Shown here: piece by piece, positions 1 to 13,384 of the stretch | How positions within the stretch are numbered: position 1 is the stretch's first letter | How the letters are laid out: each line of letters begins with the position of its first letter | Assembly: GCF_963921235.1 (NCBI RefSeq) | Contig: NC_086097.1 | Span: 85,376,001-85,440,000 of the forward strand | Length of the DNA: 64,000 nt | Reading direction: 5' to 3' | From: Mobula hypostoma | Taxonomy: Eukaryota | Notes under the pieces: generated by a model | The model's input: the letters and a program-made list of their open reading frames with translations, nothing else | Databases searched by the model: none | Told to the model about the DNA's origin: nothing | Position numbers and translations under genes: made by a program

Positions 1-1450
1 AATATCTGATATTTAATGTTTTGGACGCAAGATTGGGATGAAATTCATTGTCCACGATGGGTGAACCTTAAGGGTGAGTCTGTGCAGGGGTTCTCATTGG
101 CTTCTATTTTAGGAGCTTCACTCCCCTTTGCATTAACCAAACTGAATAAACAAATAATTAATCCAATAATTAAACATACAATACGAATATGGTTTCAATT
201 TCATAAATTTTTTGGATTGAACGAATCTAGTCCTATTATATCTAATTTTTTCTTTCAACCTTCTAGAATTGATCAAGATTTTTCCTTATGGAAAACGAGG
301 GGAATAGCATGCTTTCATGATTTATCCATGGATAATTGTTCATGTCGTTTGAACAATTATCTAACAAATATAAGTTGCCTAGTTCACATTTTTTCCGATA
401 TCTGCAGATTAGAAGTTTTTTGAATGGTATTTTACCTAATTTTCCAACATTTCATCCAACCAATATTACAGGAAAAAATTTAGGTTTAAATCCCTATCAG
501 AAGTGCTTAATAGCAGTTTTGTATGATTTAATTAAGAAAATACATCTCAGTACATCTGATAAAATAAAAAATGAATGGGAAAGAGAACTTCAGGTATCTT
601 TACTTATAGAGAAATGGGAGAAACTTTTTCAACTAGTTAATACTTCCTCAATGTGTGCTAGTTTTACACTGATACAATTTAAAATAGTCTATAGGGCTCA
701 TATGTCTAAGGATAAATTAGCTCATTTTTACCGACATATAAATCCTGTGTGAGACAGATGTAACTCTGAGGTGGCCTCTCTGACACATATGTTTTGGTCT
801 TGCCCTCTTTTAGATAAATATTGGAAAGATATTTTTGATATTATTTCAACAGTTTTGCATATTAATTTAAAACCTCACCCTATTACTGCAATTTTTGGAT
901 TATCAGTGACAGATGTTGGTCATTTATCCGTTTCAGCTTGCCGTTTGTTACACTAACAGCTAAAAGATCCATCTTACTTAAATGGAAAGATTCTGATCCT
1001 CCTACTACTTTTCAATGGTTTTCTCAAACTATATTATGTTTAAACCTGGAAAAAATTAGGTGTGGTATGGTTGATTCTTCAGTTAAATTTGAAGAAACCT
1101 GGAGACCATTTATTCAACATTTTCATATGATGTAAGCTGTCCCTTTCAGAACCCTGTTTTTTAATAATCTTTTGTTTTTCTATGGAGGAGTGGAGTTAAT
1201 GAAAAAAAATGTTCTTATCTGAGGGAATAGGACATCCCAGTCTTTGTTTTTTTAAAGTTTAGGGGGTTCTTTAAAAAACTCTTTTTTCATGTTCAATTAC
1301 TTAGAGATTGGGAGGCTTGAATTATATATTTTACTCGAATTATGTTTGTTCATGTTAACCATTATCAACGTTACACTGATCTCTTTGTATCATTAGTATT
1401 GTTAGGTATATTAATCTGAAATTTAATAAAAAGATTGAAAAAGGAAAAGT
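1..1450 (+). mobile_element. L1-clade LINE, decayed ORF2 C-terminus and 3' end
   Basis: Frameshifted ORFs 16-1135 include the zinc-knuckle remnant (*)DRCNSEVASLTHMFWSC and the AKRSILLKWK..PPT..QW motif; AATAAA at 1425-1430 followed by an A-rich tail. Confidence 0.85.
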
Positions 1451-2540
1451 AGTGCAACTCTCTGCCCCTCTTTCACGTCCTTTTCTATCTTTTCTAAAAC
1501 TGTGAAAACCTGGTACATTAATCACTCATTCCTGCCCGTCTCTCAACCAAGTTTCAGTCATGGCCACAATATCGTAGTTCCATTTTCTGATCCATGCTCT
1601 AAGCTCATCACCTTTACCTATAATGCTTCTAGCATTAAAATATACACACTTCAAACTATCCAACCCATCATACCTGCTATTTCAATTTTGCCTTTCAATA
1701 CTTTCCCTGATATCTATCTTCCAGTCTGATCCTTAACTTACTGACCTGGGGATCCGGTTCCCAGCCCTGTGCAAAACTAGTTTAAATGCTCCTGAGTAAC
1801 ATTAGCAAACCTCCTGTCCAGGATATTGGTTCCTCTCCAGTTCACGTGCAACCTGTGCCTCTTGTACAGGTCACTTCCTCAGAAAAGTTTCCAATGATCC
1901 AAGAACTTGAAACCCCGTCCCTACATCATCTCCTCAGCCACTTGTTCATCTGTGGTATCACCCCATTCCAACCTGCACTAGCCCATGGCACGGGGAATAA
2001 TCCAACGATTACAAGATTGAAGGCTCTTCTCTTCAGCCCCTTTCCTAACTCTATATTCTCACTGTGTACGACCTCTTCCCCTTTTCTGCCTATGACATTG
2101 CTGTCAATATGCACCACGACCTCTGGCTGTTCCCCAAACCCTTGAGACTATCCACTACATCCTGGGTCCCAGCACCTGGCAGGCAGTACACCATCCTTGT
2201 GCCTCTTTTGCTGCCACATAATCCCCTGTCTGTCCCCCTAACTATCGAATCCCCTATAATTACCCTTCCCTGTTGAGCCTCAAAGCTGGTTACATTGCCA
2301 CTAGCCTGGCTGCTGTTGTTCTGCCCTGATGGGTCAAGCCCCCAGCAGCATCCGAAGAGCTATACTTGTTGCTGAGGGAAACGACCACAGGAGAACCCTG
2401 CACTGACTTCTTAATCGACTGTCCGAAGACTCTACTTTGGCTGTAACCACCTTTTCAAACGTCTCATCTCTAAAGTCTTCACCCTCCCGAATAATCCTGA
2501 GTACATCCAACTCCAGCACTTCCCACGGATGTAGTCATAG
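1451..2540 (-). mobile_element. CR1 LINE 5' fragment (ORF1 SGNH-esterase remnant plus start of ORF2 endonuclease)
   Basis: Minus peptides VHIDSNVIGRKGEEV..IVGLFPVP (same family as 61684-62013) and CVYFNARSIIGKGDEL..IVAMTETWL. Confidence 0.8.
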
Positions 2541-2974
2541 GTTCTTCTTACGCAATTTGAGTTGAGCCATCCTGTTGGAGCACTCTAGACCTTTAGAGAC
2601 TGGGGACACAATACCAAGCATGCAATGCAATATTACTATTTCTGATACCAAGCATAAGTATCTAATAGATTTGAAAAACATTATCTTATAAGCTCCATAT
2701 ATTTTAAACATCCCTTATAATGCTTAAGGGATATATAAAGACCATAAGATATAGGGGCAGAATTAGGCCATTTGGCCCATTGAGTCTGCTCTGCCATTTT
2801 GTCATGGCTGATCCATTTTTCCTCTCAGCCACAATCTCCTGCCTTCCCCCCTATCCCTTCATGTCTGATCAATTAAGCATCCATCAACCTCTGCCTAAAA
2901 TATACCTGAAGACTTGGCCTCCACAGCTGCCTGTGGCAAGGAATTCTACAGATTCACCAATCTGGGGCTCTCTG

Positions 2975-3258
2975 TATCTGATACACTATTACTGCTCGGG
3001 GCATCAGAGTTTGGAGTTCAATCCCGATGTCCTCTGTAAGGAGTTTGTACGTCCGCCCCAAGGATTGTGTAGATTTCCTCCAGGTGCTCTGGTTTCCTCC
3101 CACAGTCCAGTACCAAGGTGTTCTGGTTAGTAGGTTAATTGACCATTGTAAATTGTTGCATGATTGGGCTAGGGTTAAATCGAGGGTTGTTGGCAGCACA
3201 GCTTGAAGGTCCAAAAAGGCCGATTCGGTGCTGTATCTCTAAGTAAGTAAATAAATAT
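2975..3258 (+). mobile_element. V-domain tRNA-derived SINE (HE1-like)
   Basis: B-box-like ggagttcaatccc followed by the core ggagtttgtacgt...ggtgctctggtttcctcccacagtcca; related copies at ~4100-4305(-), 29125-29400(+), 30480-30680(-), 42270-42485(-). Confidence 0.7.
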
Positions 3259-4384
3259 AGCAAGATGCTTCATGTCATACAGGAAGATAAATTCTGAAGT
3301 GATCCTTGGCAGGAAGTTGATCTCCAAGAAGCTGTTTCCCATTGATACGACTAGTAGGCCATAGGCTGGCATCATACTTAGCACCAAAAGATTTGATATG
3401 CAATGCATGTTGACATATGCCTAATGGGCAGCCCAAGCCAGAAGGATTGCTTTTGCTAATCCCTAATGATTTGAAGCAATGAAGGTTTATAATCCCATGC
3501 ACAGCACAGCAATAAAAAGTACACATGCACATACTGTGATGTCAGAGAGGCAAGAATCAGAATTCCAGCTTCTTTACCTGTTAGGAAATGGTGAAGAACA
3601 TGAAAGGCATCTCTGGGCAACTACTTAGATGCATTTGAACGCTAGAATTGAGATATAATACAAACCACAAGAAATCTTTCTAATTGAAGCTCTGTACTGA
3701 ACTTCACTTCCATATATTCTTTCCACTCAGTACCACACACTGTGGAAAAAGCAGAGACTAATTTCGTTCAGTATTTTTCCCCATCTATTAAACTTTCTCA
3801 TCTACTTGTCGATCCATCTCAGAACCTTAGAAATTAGTTACTTTTTTAAAAAAATCTAAATTTCTAATTGGTTTAAATGGGAATGAGTTGCAGACAATTC
3901 CTGAATGGTGAAAATTAGAGCTGATGTGACTGCTGTGTGATGCTATCCTCCAGAACTAATCACAGCTTTCCTATTGTGGAATGATAGATATAGATTAGCT
4001 CAGCATAGAAAAGGGCATTCAGCACCTCAAGTGTGTGTCAACCCTCAACCTCCCCGTCCACAATAACCCTATTTTATCCTCTCCAGGTTCCCATCAAGTG
4101 CTCCAAATTCTACCACTCACTTGCGCACTAGGGACAATTCACCGTAGCCTACTGATCTATCAAATCGCACGTCTTTGTGATGTGGGAGGCAAGCTAAGCT
4201 CACTGAGAAGAACCCCACACAGCCACAGAGAGAGGTTGCAAACAACACCAGAGGTTAGGATTGAACCAAGTTGCTCGAGTTATGAAACAGCAGCACCGTG
4301 CCACCCAAATGATCTGTTTTTAGGAAAGTATTATCTTAATAAGAAATCATTCTTTGTTTGTACATCTATCTTAAAAATCTAACA

Positions 4385-5278
4385 TATAGTAAGAACATAG
4401 AATAGGATAGTACAGTACAGGCCCTTCAGTCCATCGCATTGTGCTGACTCTTTAACCTACTCTATGATCAATCTAACCTTTCTCACATAGCCCTCCAGTT
4501 TCCTTTTATCAATGCGCTGAAATCTCTTAAATGTGCCTTAATATATCTGTCTCCACCACCATCCCTTGCAGCATGCTCCACGCACCTACCACTCTCTGTG
4601 TAAAAGACAGGTAAGTTCCACACTTTTCTCCAAACACCACAGAAGTTCTGCCTCCTCATATTATCCATTTCTACCCTGGGAAAAAGTTTCTGGCTGTCCA
4701 CTCTACCTATGTCTTTTATCATTTTGCACACTTCTATCAAGTTTTCTCTCATTCCTCTTAGTTCTGGTGAGAAAACCCTAGTTTGTTCAACATGCATGCT
4801 CTCTAATCCAGGCAGCATCCTGATAACTCTCCTCTGCACCTCTCTAAAACTTTCACATCCTTCCTATAATGAAGCAACCAGAAGCGAACACAATATTTGA
4901 AATGTGGTCTAACCAGAGTTTTCTAGAGCTGCAACATTATTGGCTCTTGAACTCAAAAAACCAGACTAATGAAGGCCAACACATCATATACCTTCTCAAT
5001 CACTTTATCAACTTGTGCTGCAATTTTGAGGGATCTATGGATGTTGACCCTCTGTTCATTGACATTATTAAAAATCCTGCCATTAACCCTGTATGTTGCC
5101 TTCAAGTTCAACCTTCCAAATGAATCACTTTTCCAGATTGAACACATCTGCCACTTCTCAGCATCCTATCAATAACCTCTGGCAACCTTCCACACTGTCC
5201 ACAATACCTGCAAACTTTGTGTTATCCGCAAACTTGTTAAGCCACCCTTCCACTTCCTCATCCAAGTCATTTGATAAA
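4385..5278 (-). mobile_element. CR1 LINE 3' fragment
   Basis: Minus peptides QRRVIRMLPGLE..RENLIEVCKMIK; (CATAGAA)-type tail at the left end. Confidence 0.85.
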
Positions 5279-6369
5279 ATCAAACATGAGTACTTTTTAA
5301 TTCCTTTTCTTTCAGAAGAAAAATAAATGAGTAAATGTTATATTGAATTTGAGGAGTTGAGCTCACAACCTGGAGGGACTTTGGCTCCTCTTGTTAGCAT
5401 TGGGATACAGGCAATACCAGACTGACTCACCCTGTTTATATTCAAAGAGTCAGGTAGACTTACATGCTAGACATGGTCATCTGCTTATCCTAAGGAGTGG
5501 GAAACATGAGCTCGTAACTGCAAGCCCTGGGACTGCTGTATAATCTTCATTTACATAAAGACTTCAGTCGGAACCAAATTCCTGTATTTATCTGCTAAAA
5601 ATTGGCTTGTTTACAGATTAGGATTACCGATAGTGTTTGGCTGTCAGATTGGAAGATTTAGAACGTGATTTCCCTCTGTTGCTTGGTATGATTCAAATTT
5701 TGTTTCCTCCATTTCTAGCTGTATTTCCTCAGCAATTTACAACAGTGTTAAAAGGAAATGAAGAAAGAGCACAATACTTTTTACAGATATTTTCTGCAAT
5801 TTTTCCCCACCTTCCTTATAGCAGTGCTCAGCAGATTAATTTTAATTCCCAGTAGACTGCAACCCACACCAGGAATACTGGCAACCCTTTGGCATGTGCT
5901 TGTCGCAGGGCTGTTGTGTGGCTGCTGCATCCGCAAAACTCAAATGTTCAGGAGATCCATTCATTCTTGCCACAGCATTTTCTGTGGCAAGTCATTCATT
6001 ACTGCAAAGGAACCGAAATATTCTTCATCTCCAGGATGTTTAATGCAAAACTGCTAATATTCAAAGCAAATCACAAGATGTCAAGATTGAAATGCAGAAA
6101 TTCACCATGCCAGTGTTCACTGCGAATGAATTACTCTGGTATAACTGATTCACAAGGTCACTACAATCTCCAGTCCATTGACTAAGGTATGTGTTATTTT
6201 TCATCGGATCTGAGGCTTTCCATTTAACACTTTTAGATCTAAATTGTCAAGAAAAATTGAATTTCAGCACATCAGCACCTCCTGTCTATATGTTGGCCTT
6301 TCTACTATGTGTGTGTGTGTGTGTTTTGAGGCAATATGGTGCCTCTTCTCTCTCCTTCTATTGGTGAAG

Positions 6370-7260
6370 TATTACAGTGCCCTCCTGCTCTTAGTCCACC
6401 AGTACAGTGACCTCCCTGACAACTGTGTGGCAGCACAACCTTGGTCCTTCTGCTGTGTGGCAGCGTGGACCTCCTCCTACTGTCTGTGTGGTACTGGAGT
6501 GCTTTATCTTCGGTCTTCATAGCAGTGCAGTGCCTCTCCTACCATCACTGTGGCAGTGCAGTGCCTGTCTAGTCTGTATGGCGATGCATTACCCCATGGA
6601 GATCCCTGTGGTCTAGGTGCTGCCTGCGTTCCTGTACAGACCCCATCGGCTATCTCTGCGGCAATATCACCCCTCCACCTTCCACGCATTGCACCATGCC
6701 GTTGAATCCTTTGCCTGAATTCTCCCAGTGTTTGCCTGTTGCCAGTGCTACAGCATTGCCGACTGTGTCACAACTATTTCCTACTGTTGGTTTGCCTGTG
6801 CAGTGGCCTATTGAGCCAGCACAACCTCATTTACTGCCTGCATGCCAAATCCATGTCCCTTGCTCTGTGTGTTGCCAAAATGGTCCAATCAACAGTCCTG
6901 CGCCAACATGGTGCCTGCATTTTCAGTGTGCTGGTAGAACATTCTTTAATCTGAATATGTCAGTGCAGCTCTCCTTCCTGACCGGCTGGGATCATTCTCC
7001 CTGCCATCGAGATGCCTGAGCCATGTGTCCTAGAGTCAGTACAGTGTGTCTACATAATCACAGCTACTGTCACGATGCCAGACCAGTCCCCCACTGCTAA
7101 TGTACCATTACAGGCACTTCCACTTAGTATGGTGCATACAGTCCATACACCAGTGCAGTGCTCTCTACTGTCCATCTGCCCCTCATATCAATTTAGATTC
7201 TCAGTGCCTGCACAACAGTATCTATTCCTTGTGCCCCTTCCTCTGTGTGCTGGACTGGAG
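6370..7260. repeat. Degenerate ~30-bp minisatellite-like tract downstream of the DESI2 stop codon
   Basis: Recurring ctgtgtggcag / cagtgcagtgcct words at ~30-bp spacing (6400, 6429, 6459, 6490, 6522, 6553); (TG)n at ~6308-6324. Confidence 0.5.
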
Positions 7261-7739
7261 CTCATTACAACATCATAAAGCAAAATTTGGCAAAAGAAAA
7301 TCCGTATGAGGTCAATGCTGTCCTGTTTCCAAGTCAAATTGTTCTTATAAATATATTTCCTTTTTGATGTTATTTACTAACACTGCGTGGACGTATTCAC
7401 TGCGCAGACAAGTGCAGTCCACACCAGATGTTCTTGCAGTTTCCAGCATATGTAAACGGTTGGTTGTCAGTGTGAAATGTGCACAAGAGGTATTCTAAAA
7501 AAGAATCTGGAATATCGAATGGGAAATAGGCTCCGATACCATCTTCTTGTCAACCCAGGTCCCCTGGGAGTTAAGCTCTTGATGATCACTCAGTTATCAT
7601 TCCAAACCATTGTTTTATGCCTCTCATTGGGTTTTGACTTGGTATCAGACCTAGGCTGTAAAGCTTATCACAGAAAGTCTACAAAAACAGATATGAAAAA
7701 CTGGAAAAGGGTCAGAGAAGTTACAGTTCAGAGACATGT

Positions 7740-7985
7740 TTAGACTCTGGTGTGTCTGCAGGTCCTGGTAGATCCTGAGGTGGTTGCAGAGGCTGAGGTG
7801 GACGGGGAGTCATCGTCTCCTGTGTCACTCTGATCGTCCTTGTTTAAGCCCTGGCTGCTGATGTGGCTCTGGAGAGCTGCGGGCGTGAGCCATTCCTTGG
7901 GGAGACAACTCTGGAGGAACGGGATACAGGAACTGAAGTAAGCCAACCGATTCACCCAGCGAGGGATCTCCTTACCACACAGGAT
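7740..7985 (-). CDS. DESI2: DESI2/PPPDE1-like isopeptidase, last coding exon (exon 5)
   Basis: Translates [40 protein letters not shown]...HTRV*, matching the DESI2 C-terminal region; acceptor ttgtttctttcctAG at 7987-7986, phase 0; TAA at 7742-7740. Confidence 0.95.
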   Translation of the reverse strand: MLCGKEIPRWVNRLAYFSSCIPFLQSCLPKEWLTPAALQSHISSQGLNKDDQSDTGDDDSPSTSASATTSGSTRTCRHTRV

Positions 7986-8119
7986 CTAGGAAAGAAACAA
8001 GGCCAGCTTCAGAAAGTGAAGGTAAGTGACTGCGCGGAACTCCATAGTTATATCATCACAGAGTTTCAAAACAAAGCCAAGGATTAGTTTACAGCTGAGC
8101 TACCCCCAGAGAAATATGT

Positions 8120-8570
8120 TATAGAATCATAGAGTACCACAGCTCAGAAACAGACCCATTGGCCCATCTAGGCCATGCAACTGGTATTCTGTCTAGTCCC
8201 ATCGACCCGCACCTGGATCATAGCCCTCCATAACCCTCTCATCCATGTGCTTTTCCGAACTTCTTTTAAATATTGCAGTCAAACTCATCCTGCACTAACA
8301 TCAACCTCTTAGTGAGATGTACCCCTCAGGTTCCCCTTCAATATTACACCATTTACCTTAACGTATGACCACTAGTTCCTGTCTCACCCAACTTCAGTGG
8401 AAAAAGCCTATTTGCATTTACCTTATCTATACCCATCATAATTTAGTACACACTGACCAAATCTCCCCTTATTCCCAACTTTCCAGGAAATAAAGTCCCA
8501 ACTATTTCCACCTTTCCCTTAAGTCCTGACAACATCTAGTCAATTTTCTCTGTACTCTTCCAATCTTACT
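8120..8570 (-). mobile_element. CR1 3' end
   Basis: atagaatcatagag tail plus cagaaacagacccattggccc 3'UTR motif shared with other CR1 copies in the window. Confidence 0.75.
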
Positions 8571-8999
8571 GGAACTATGATGGTGCCAGAGGGAAACTTC
8601 TTCAAGCTCATCTGTGGAAACTGTTTAATTTCTAACTTTAATGTCTCTTTTTTTCTTTACAAGTGAATGGGGTTCTGTTAGTGCTCTTGACCTGCAGCTG
8701 TACTCAAACTGTGGTCCGTTATGGTGATGGATCCCGCTCCTGCGGCTCACCAACCGGCATTTTTTGATATCCCAAGGGCATGGCCGAGAAGACAAGTGCA
8801 CCTCCAGGCTGCCAAGGCTTTGCGGCTCTCTGGATAAGCTCATTACTGGCCAGTGATGCTAACTGAAGCGTCACAGGAGAATGGAATATCATAAACAGTG
8901 GATCAGCTGACAGAGGTTTCTGTACTTGGTCAATCGCTAACTCTCTGTCTTTCTTTCGATGGTGGGGAGGAGCTTGCTGCTGATTCTCGAGTCGGAGAG

Positions 9000-11853
9000 C
9001 TTAGAAAATCAAATGCATGGATTGATACCTGGAAGTATGATGTGGTAGCTATTAGTGAAACATGGTTACAGGAGGGGTGTGATTGGCAACTAAATATTCC
9101 TGGATTTAATTGCTTCAGGTGTGATAGAATCGGAGGGACAAGAGGGGGAGGTGTTGAATTGCTTGTCAGAGAAAATATTACAGTGGCGCTCTGGCAGGAT
9201 AGATTAGAGGGCTCATCGAGGGAAGCTATTTGGGTGGAATTGAGGAATGGGAAAGGTGTAGTAACTCTTATGGGGGTGTATCATAGACCAGCAAATGGGG
9301 AGCGAGAATTGGAGGAGCAAATTTGTAAGGAGATAGCAGATATTTGTAGTAAGCACAAGGTTGTGATTGTGGGAGATTTTAATTTTCCACACATAGATTG
9401 GGAAGCCCACACTGTAAAAGGGCTGGATGGTTTAGAGTTTGTAAAACGTGTGCAGGATAGTTTTTTGCAGCAATACATAGAAGTACCAACTAGAGAAGGG
9501 GCAGTGTTGGATCTCCTGTTAGGGAATGAGATAGGTCAGGTGACAGAGGTTTGTGTTGGGGAGCACTTCGGGTCCAGTGATCACAATGCCATTAGTTTCA
9601 ATATAATTATGGAGAAGGATAGGTCTGGACCCAGGGCTGAGATTTTTGATTGGAGAAAGGCTAAATTGAAGGAGATGCGAAAGGATTTAGAAGGAGTAGA
9701 TTGGGACAATTTGACTTATGGGAAGAATGTAATAGAAAAATGGAGATCATTTAAAGGTGAAATTTTGAGAGTACAGAATCTTTATGTTCCTGTTAGGTTG
9801 TAAGGAAAGGTTAAAAGTTTGAGAGAGCCATGGTTTTCAAGGGATATTGGAAACTTGGTTCAGAAAAAAGAGAGATATCTGCAATAAATATGGGCAGCAT
9901 GCAGTAAATGAGGTGCTCGAGGAATATAAAGAATGTAAAAAGAATCTTAAGAAAGAAATTAGAAAAGCTGAAAGACGATATGAGGTTGCTTTGGCAAGTA
10001 AGCTGAAAATAAATCCCAAGGGTTTCTACCGTTATAGTAATAGCAAAAGGATAGTGAGGGATAAAATTGGTCCCTTAGAGAATCAGAGTGGACAGCTATG
10101 TGTGCAGCCAAAAGAGATGAGGGAAATTCTGAACAATTTATTTTCTTCAGTATTCACTAAGGAGAAGGATATTGAATTGCATAAGATAAGGAAAACAGGT
10201 AGGGAAGTTATGCAAACTATGATGATCAAAGAAGAGGAAGTACTGGAGCTTTTAAGGAATATAAAAGTGGATAAGTCTCCGGGTCCTGACAGGATATTCC
10301 CTAGGACCGTGAGGGAAGTTAGTGTGGAAATAGCAGGGGCTCTGACAGAAATATTTCAAACGTCATTAGAAACGGGGATGGTGCCGGAGGATTGGCGTAT
10401 TGCTCATGTTGTTCCATTGTTTAAAAAGGGTTCTAAGAGTAAAACTAGCAATTATCGGTCTGTGAGCTTGACGTCAGTGGTGGGGGTAAATTGATGGAAA
10501 GTATTCTTAGAGATGGTATTTATAATTATCTGGATAGACAGGGTCTGATTAGGAACAGTCAACATGGATTTGTGCGTGGAAGGTCATGTTTGACAAATCT
10601 TATTGAACTTTTTTGAAGCGGTTTACTGGGAAAGTTGACGGGGGTAAAGCAGTGGATGTTGTCTATATGGACTTCAGTAAGGCCTTTGACAAGGTTCCAC
10701 ACAGAAGGTTAGTCAGGTAGGTTCAATCATTGGGTATTAATATTGAAGTAATAAAATGGATTCAACAGTGGTTGAATGGGAGACGCCAGAGAGTAGTGAT
10801 GGATAACTGTCTGTCAGGTTGGAGACCGGTGACTAGCGGTGTGCCTCAGGGATCTGTACTGGTCCAATGTTGTTTGTCATATACATTAATGATCTGGATG
10901 ATGGGGTGGTAAATTGGATTAGTAAGTATGCAGATGATACTAAGATAGGTGGCATTGTGGATAATGAAGTAGGCTTTCAAAGCTTGCAGAGAGATTTAGG
11001 CCAGTTAGAAGAGTGGGCTGAAAGATGGCAGATGGAGTGTAATACTGATAAATGTGAGGCGCTACATTTTGGTAGGACTAATCAAAATAGGACATACATG
11101 GTAAATGATAGGGCATTGAAAAAATGCAGTAGAACAGAGGGATCTAGGAATAATAGTGCATAGTTCCCTGAAGGTGGAATCTCATGTGGATAGGGTGGTG
11201 AAGAAAGCTTTTGGTATGCTGGCCTTTATAAATCAGAGCATTGAATATAGGAGTTGGGATGTAATGTTGAAATTGTACAGGGCATTGGTGAGGCCAAATT
11301 TGGAGTATTGTGTAGTTTTGGTCACCGAATTATAGGAAAGATGTCAACAAAATAGAGAGAGAACAGAGAACATTTACTAGAATGTTACCTGGGTTTCATC
11401 ACCTAAGTTACAGAGAAAGGTTGAACAAGTTGGGTCTTCACTCTCTGGAACGTAGAAGGTTGAGGGGGGACTCGATAGAGGTATTTAAAATTACGAGGGG
11501 GATAGATAGAGTTGACGTGGATAGGCTTTTTCCATTGAGAGTGGGGGAGATTCAAACAAGAGGACATGAATTGAGAGTTAAAGGGCAGAAGTTTAGGGGT
11601 AATATGAGGGGGAACTTCTTTACTCACAGAGTAGCTGTGTGGAACGAGCTTCCAGCAGAAGTGGTTGAGGCAGGTTCGATGTTGTCGTTTAAAGTTAAAT
11701 TGGACAGCTGTATAGACAGGAAAGGAATGGAGGGTTATGGGCTCAGCGCAGATCGGTGAGACTAGGTGAGAGTAAGAGTTCAGCACAGACTAGAAGGGCC
11801 GAGATGGCCTGTTTCCGTGCTGTAATTGTTATATGGTTATATGGTCATATGGT
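9000..11853 (+). mobile_element. CR1 LINE ORF2 (endonuclease + RT), nearly complete, several stops and frameshifts
   Basis: ORFs 8898-9803 (SETWL, GDFN, SDH), 9847-10494 (KSPGPD, NYR.VSLTS), 10867-11163 (YADD), 11382-11759; (ATATGGTT)-type tail. Confidence 0.95.
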
Positions 11854-12539
11854 TAAATGACGTGCCATACTTTTTAACACTGTAATCAACAAGTACCTTT
11901 GTTTCTGTTTTGTTAGTCTGCTCTCTCTGCCCCTTAATAGGGAGGGAGAGAGCCTGTGGTATATCGAATTAGTCGGGTGAACAATTAGCTTTTGTTGTAC
12001 TGAAGATCATGGTCTCTCTTGCTATTGTTTGCTTGGTGGGTGGTGGGTGCTGATGCTTTTGGCTGTAGTGAGTCGAGTGGGAGGGAGAATGTTGATGCTT
12101 GCTGCTGCTTGTGTGTGGGAGGGGGTGTGGGGTGGGGCTTTGGGTTTCTAATGTTTGAGGTACACTTCTGTTTTTGTGGATGTCTGCAAAGACCAGGAGT
12201 TTCTGGTTGTATACTGTATACATTCTATGATACTAAATGGAAATATAGATATCTTTCCTATAGCTGGGTGACCAGAACTGCACACAACACTCCAGATATG
12301 GCCTCGCCAATGTCTTATAACATAATATCCCAGCTCCGGTACTCAATACTCTGATTTATGAAGACTGAGTATTGTTAGCACTAAATAATTTATAATTTCA
12401 TTATAGTAAATACAAATAATAGTTGCTGGAAATCAGAAATAAAAGCAGAAAATACCAGGCCACATCAGTGGAAAAAGAAATATGCTCCTTCAACTGTGTA
12501 TACGGCATTACAGTTTAAAGCAACAGTATAATAAGAATA

Positions 12540-13109
12540 GTTCCAAGGTTGTCAAGCCGAGGAGTGGTAGTGGAGACAAGCTACCACTACCTAAAAGTGC
12601 TCCTCACGGCATGCGCCTCAAATAGCCTCTGACAACCAAGTCCAACTCCTGGCCTTCTTGTGTGGCTTAGCCTCTAAGCCTGGCGGAACTGTTTCTGCTG
12701 ACAGGAGAAGGGGCAAAGGCGGGTCCTGGTGCCTTAAAACCAGTGCTTCGGGTAGATGGAGCTTGTCAGCCTGGGAAGGCAGTCCATCTAAGAGAGGGAA
12801 AACTCTGATTTCAAACTTCCACTGCCTTGCGGCCATACCAACTCATGGGAACGGCTTCGGGAGTAAACCAGAGCTGGAGACCCTAAGGCAGTCCAACGTT
12901 GCCTTCAACTTCGTTCTGGCAACTCCTGCGACGATACTGGTGCCAAGTTGTATTGGCCCTTGCCTTTCCCTTGGACAACATCGGTACATGGAGAGGGGAG
13001 ACTTGCTGCATGGGCAACTGCCGGTCTTCCATATAACCCTGCCCAGGCCTGCGCCCTGGAAATCTTCCAGGCGCAGATCCACGGTCTCACAAGACTAACG
13101 GATGCCACC
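12540..13109 (+). mobile_element. Short non-coding retroposon, probably derived from an RTE 5'UTR
   Basis: 12-bp TSD ATAATAAGAATA at 12528-12539 and 13110-13121; 3' ~180 bp shared with the SINE at 38603-38918; homologous to 20142-20560(-); RTE assignment from recalled motifs. Confidence 0.65.
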
Positions 13110-13384
13110 ATAATAAGAATAAAGATCTATCAGAGCTTTAACTCTTTTTCTTTTATTTCAGATGTTCCCTGCCCTGTTGAGTGTTTCCAGCTGATCTTTG
13201 TTTTTATTAATGACTTCACCACCATTTTTGACCAAAACCATCCACTTCCTTTGTCGTCTCGTAGATTTTATTTTCTTTGTCAGATTCTGACTCTAAACCT
13301 ATGCTCTCTGTTATGTTATTGCTCCTGTGTTCTCCTTTCAATTAGTTACAGTTACACAACATAACAGAGAGCAAAGGTTTAGAA

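Noticed and set aside
6244..7309. Cluster of Cys/Pro-rich short ORFs
   Set aside because: A by-product of the low-complexity CAGTG/CTGTG repeat; no recognisable domain or splice structure
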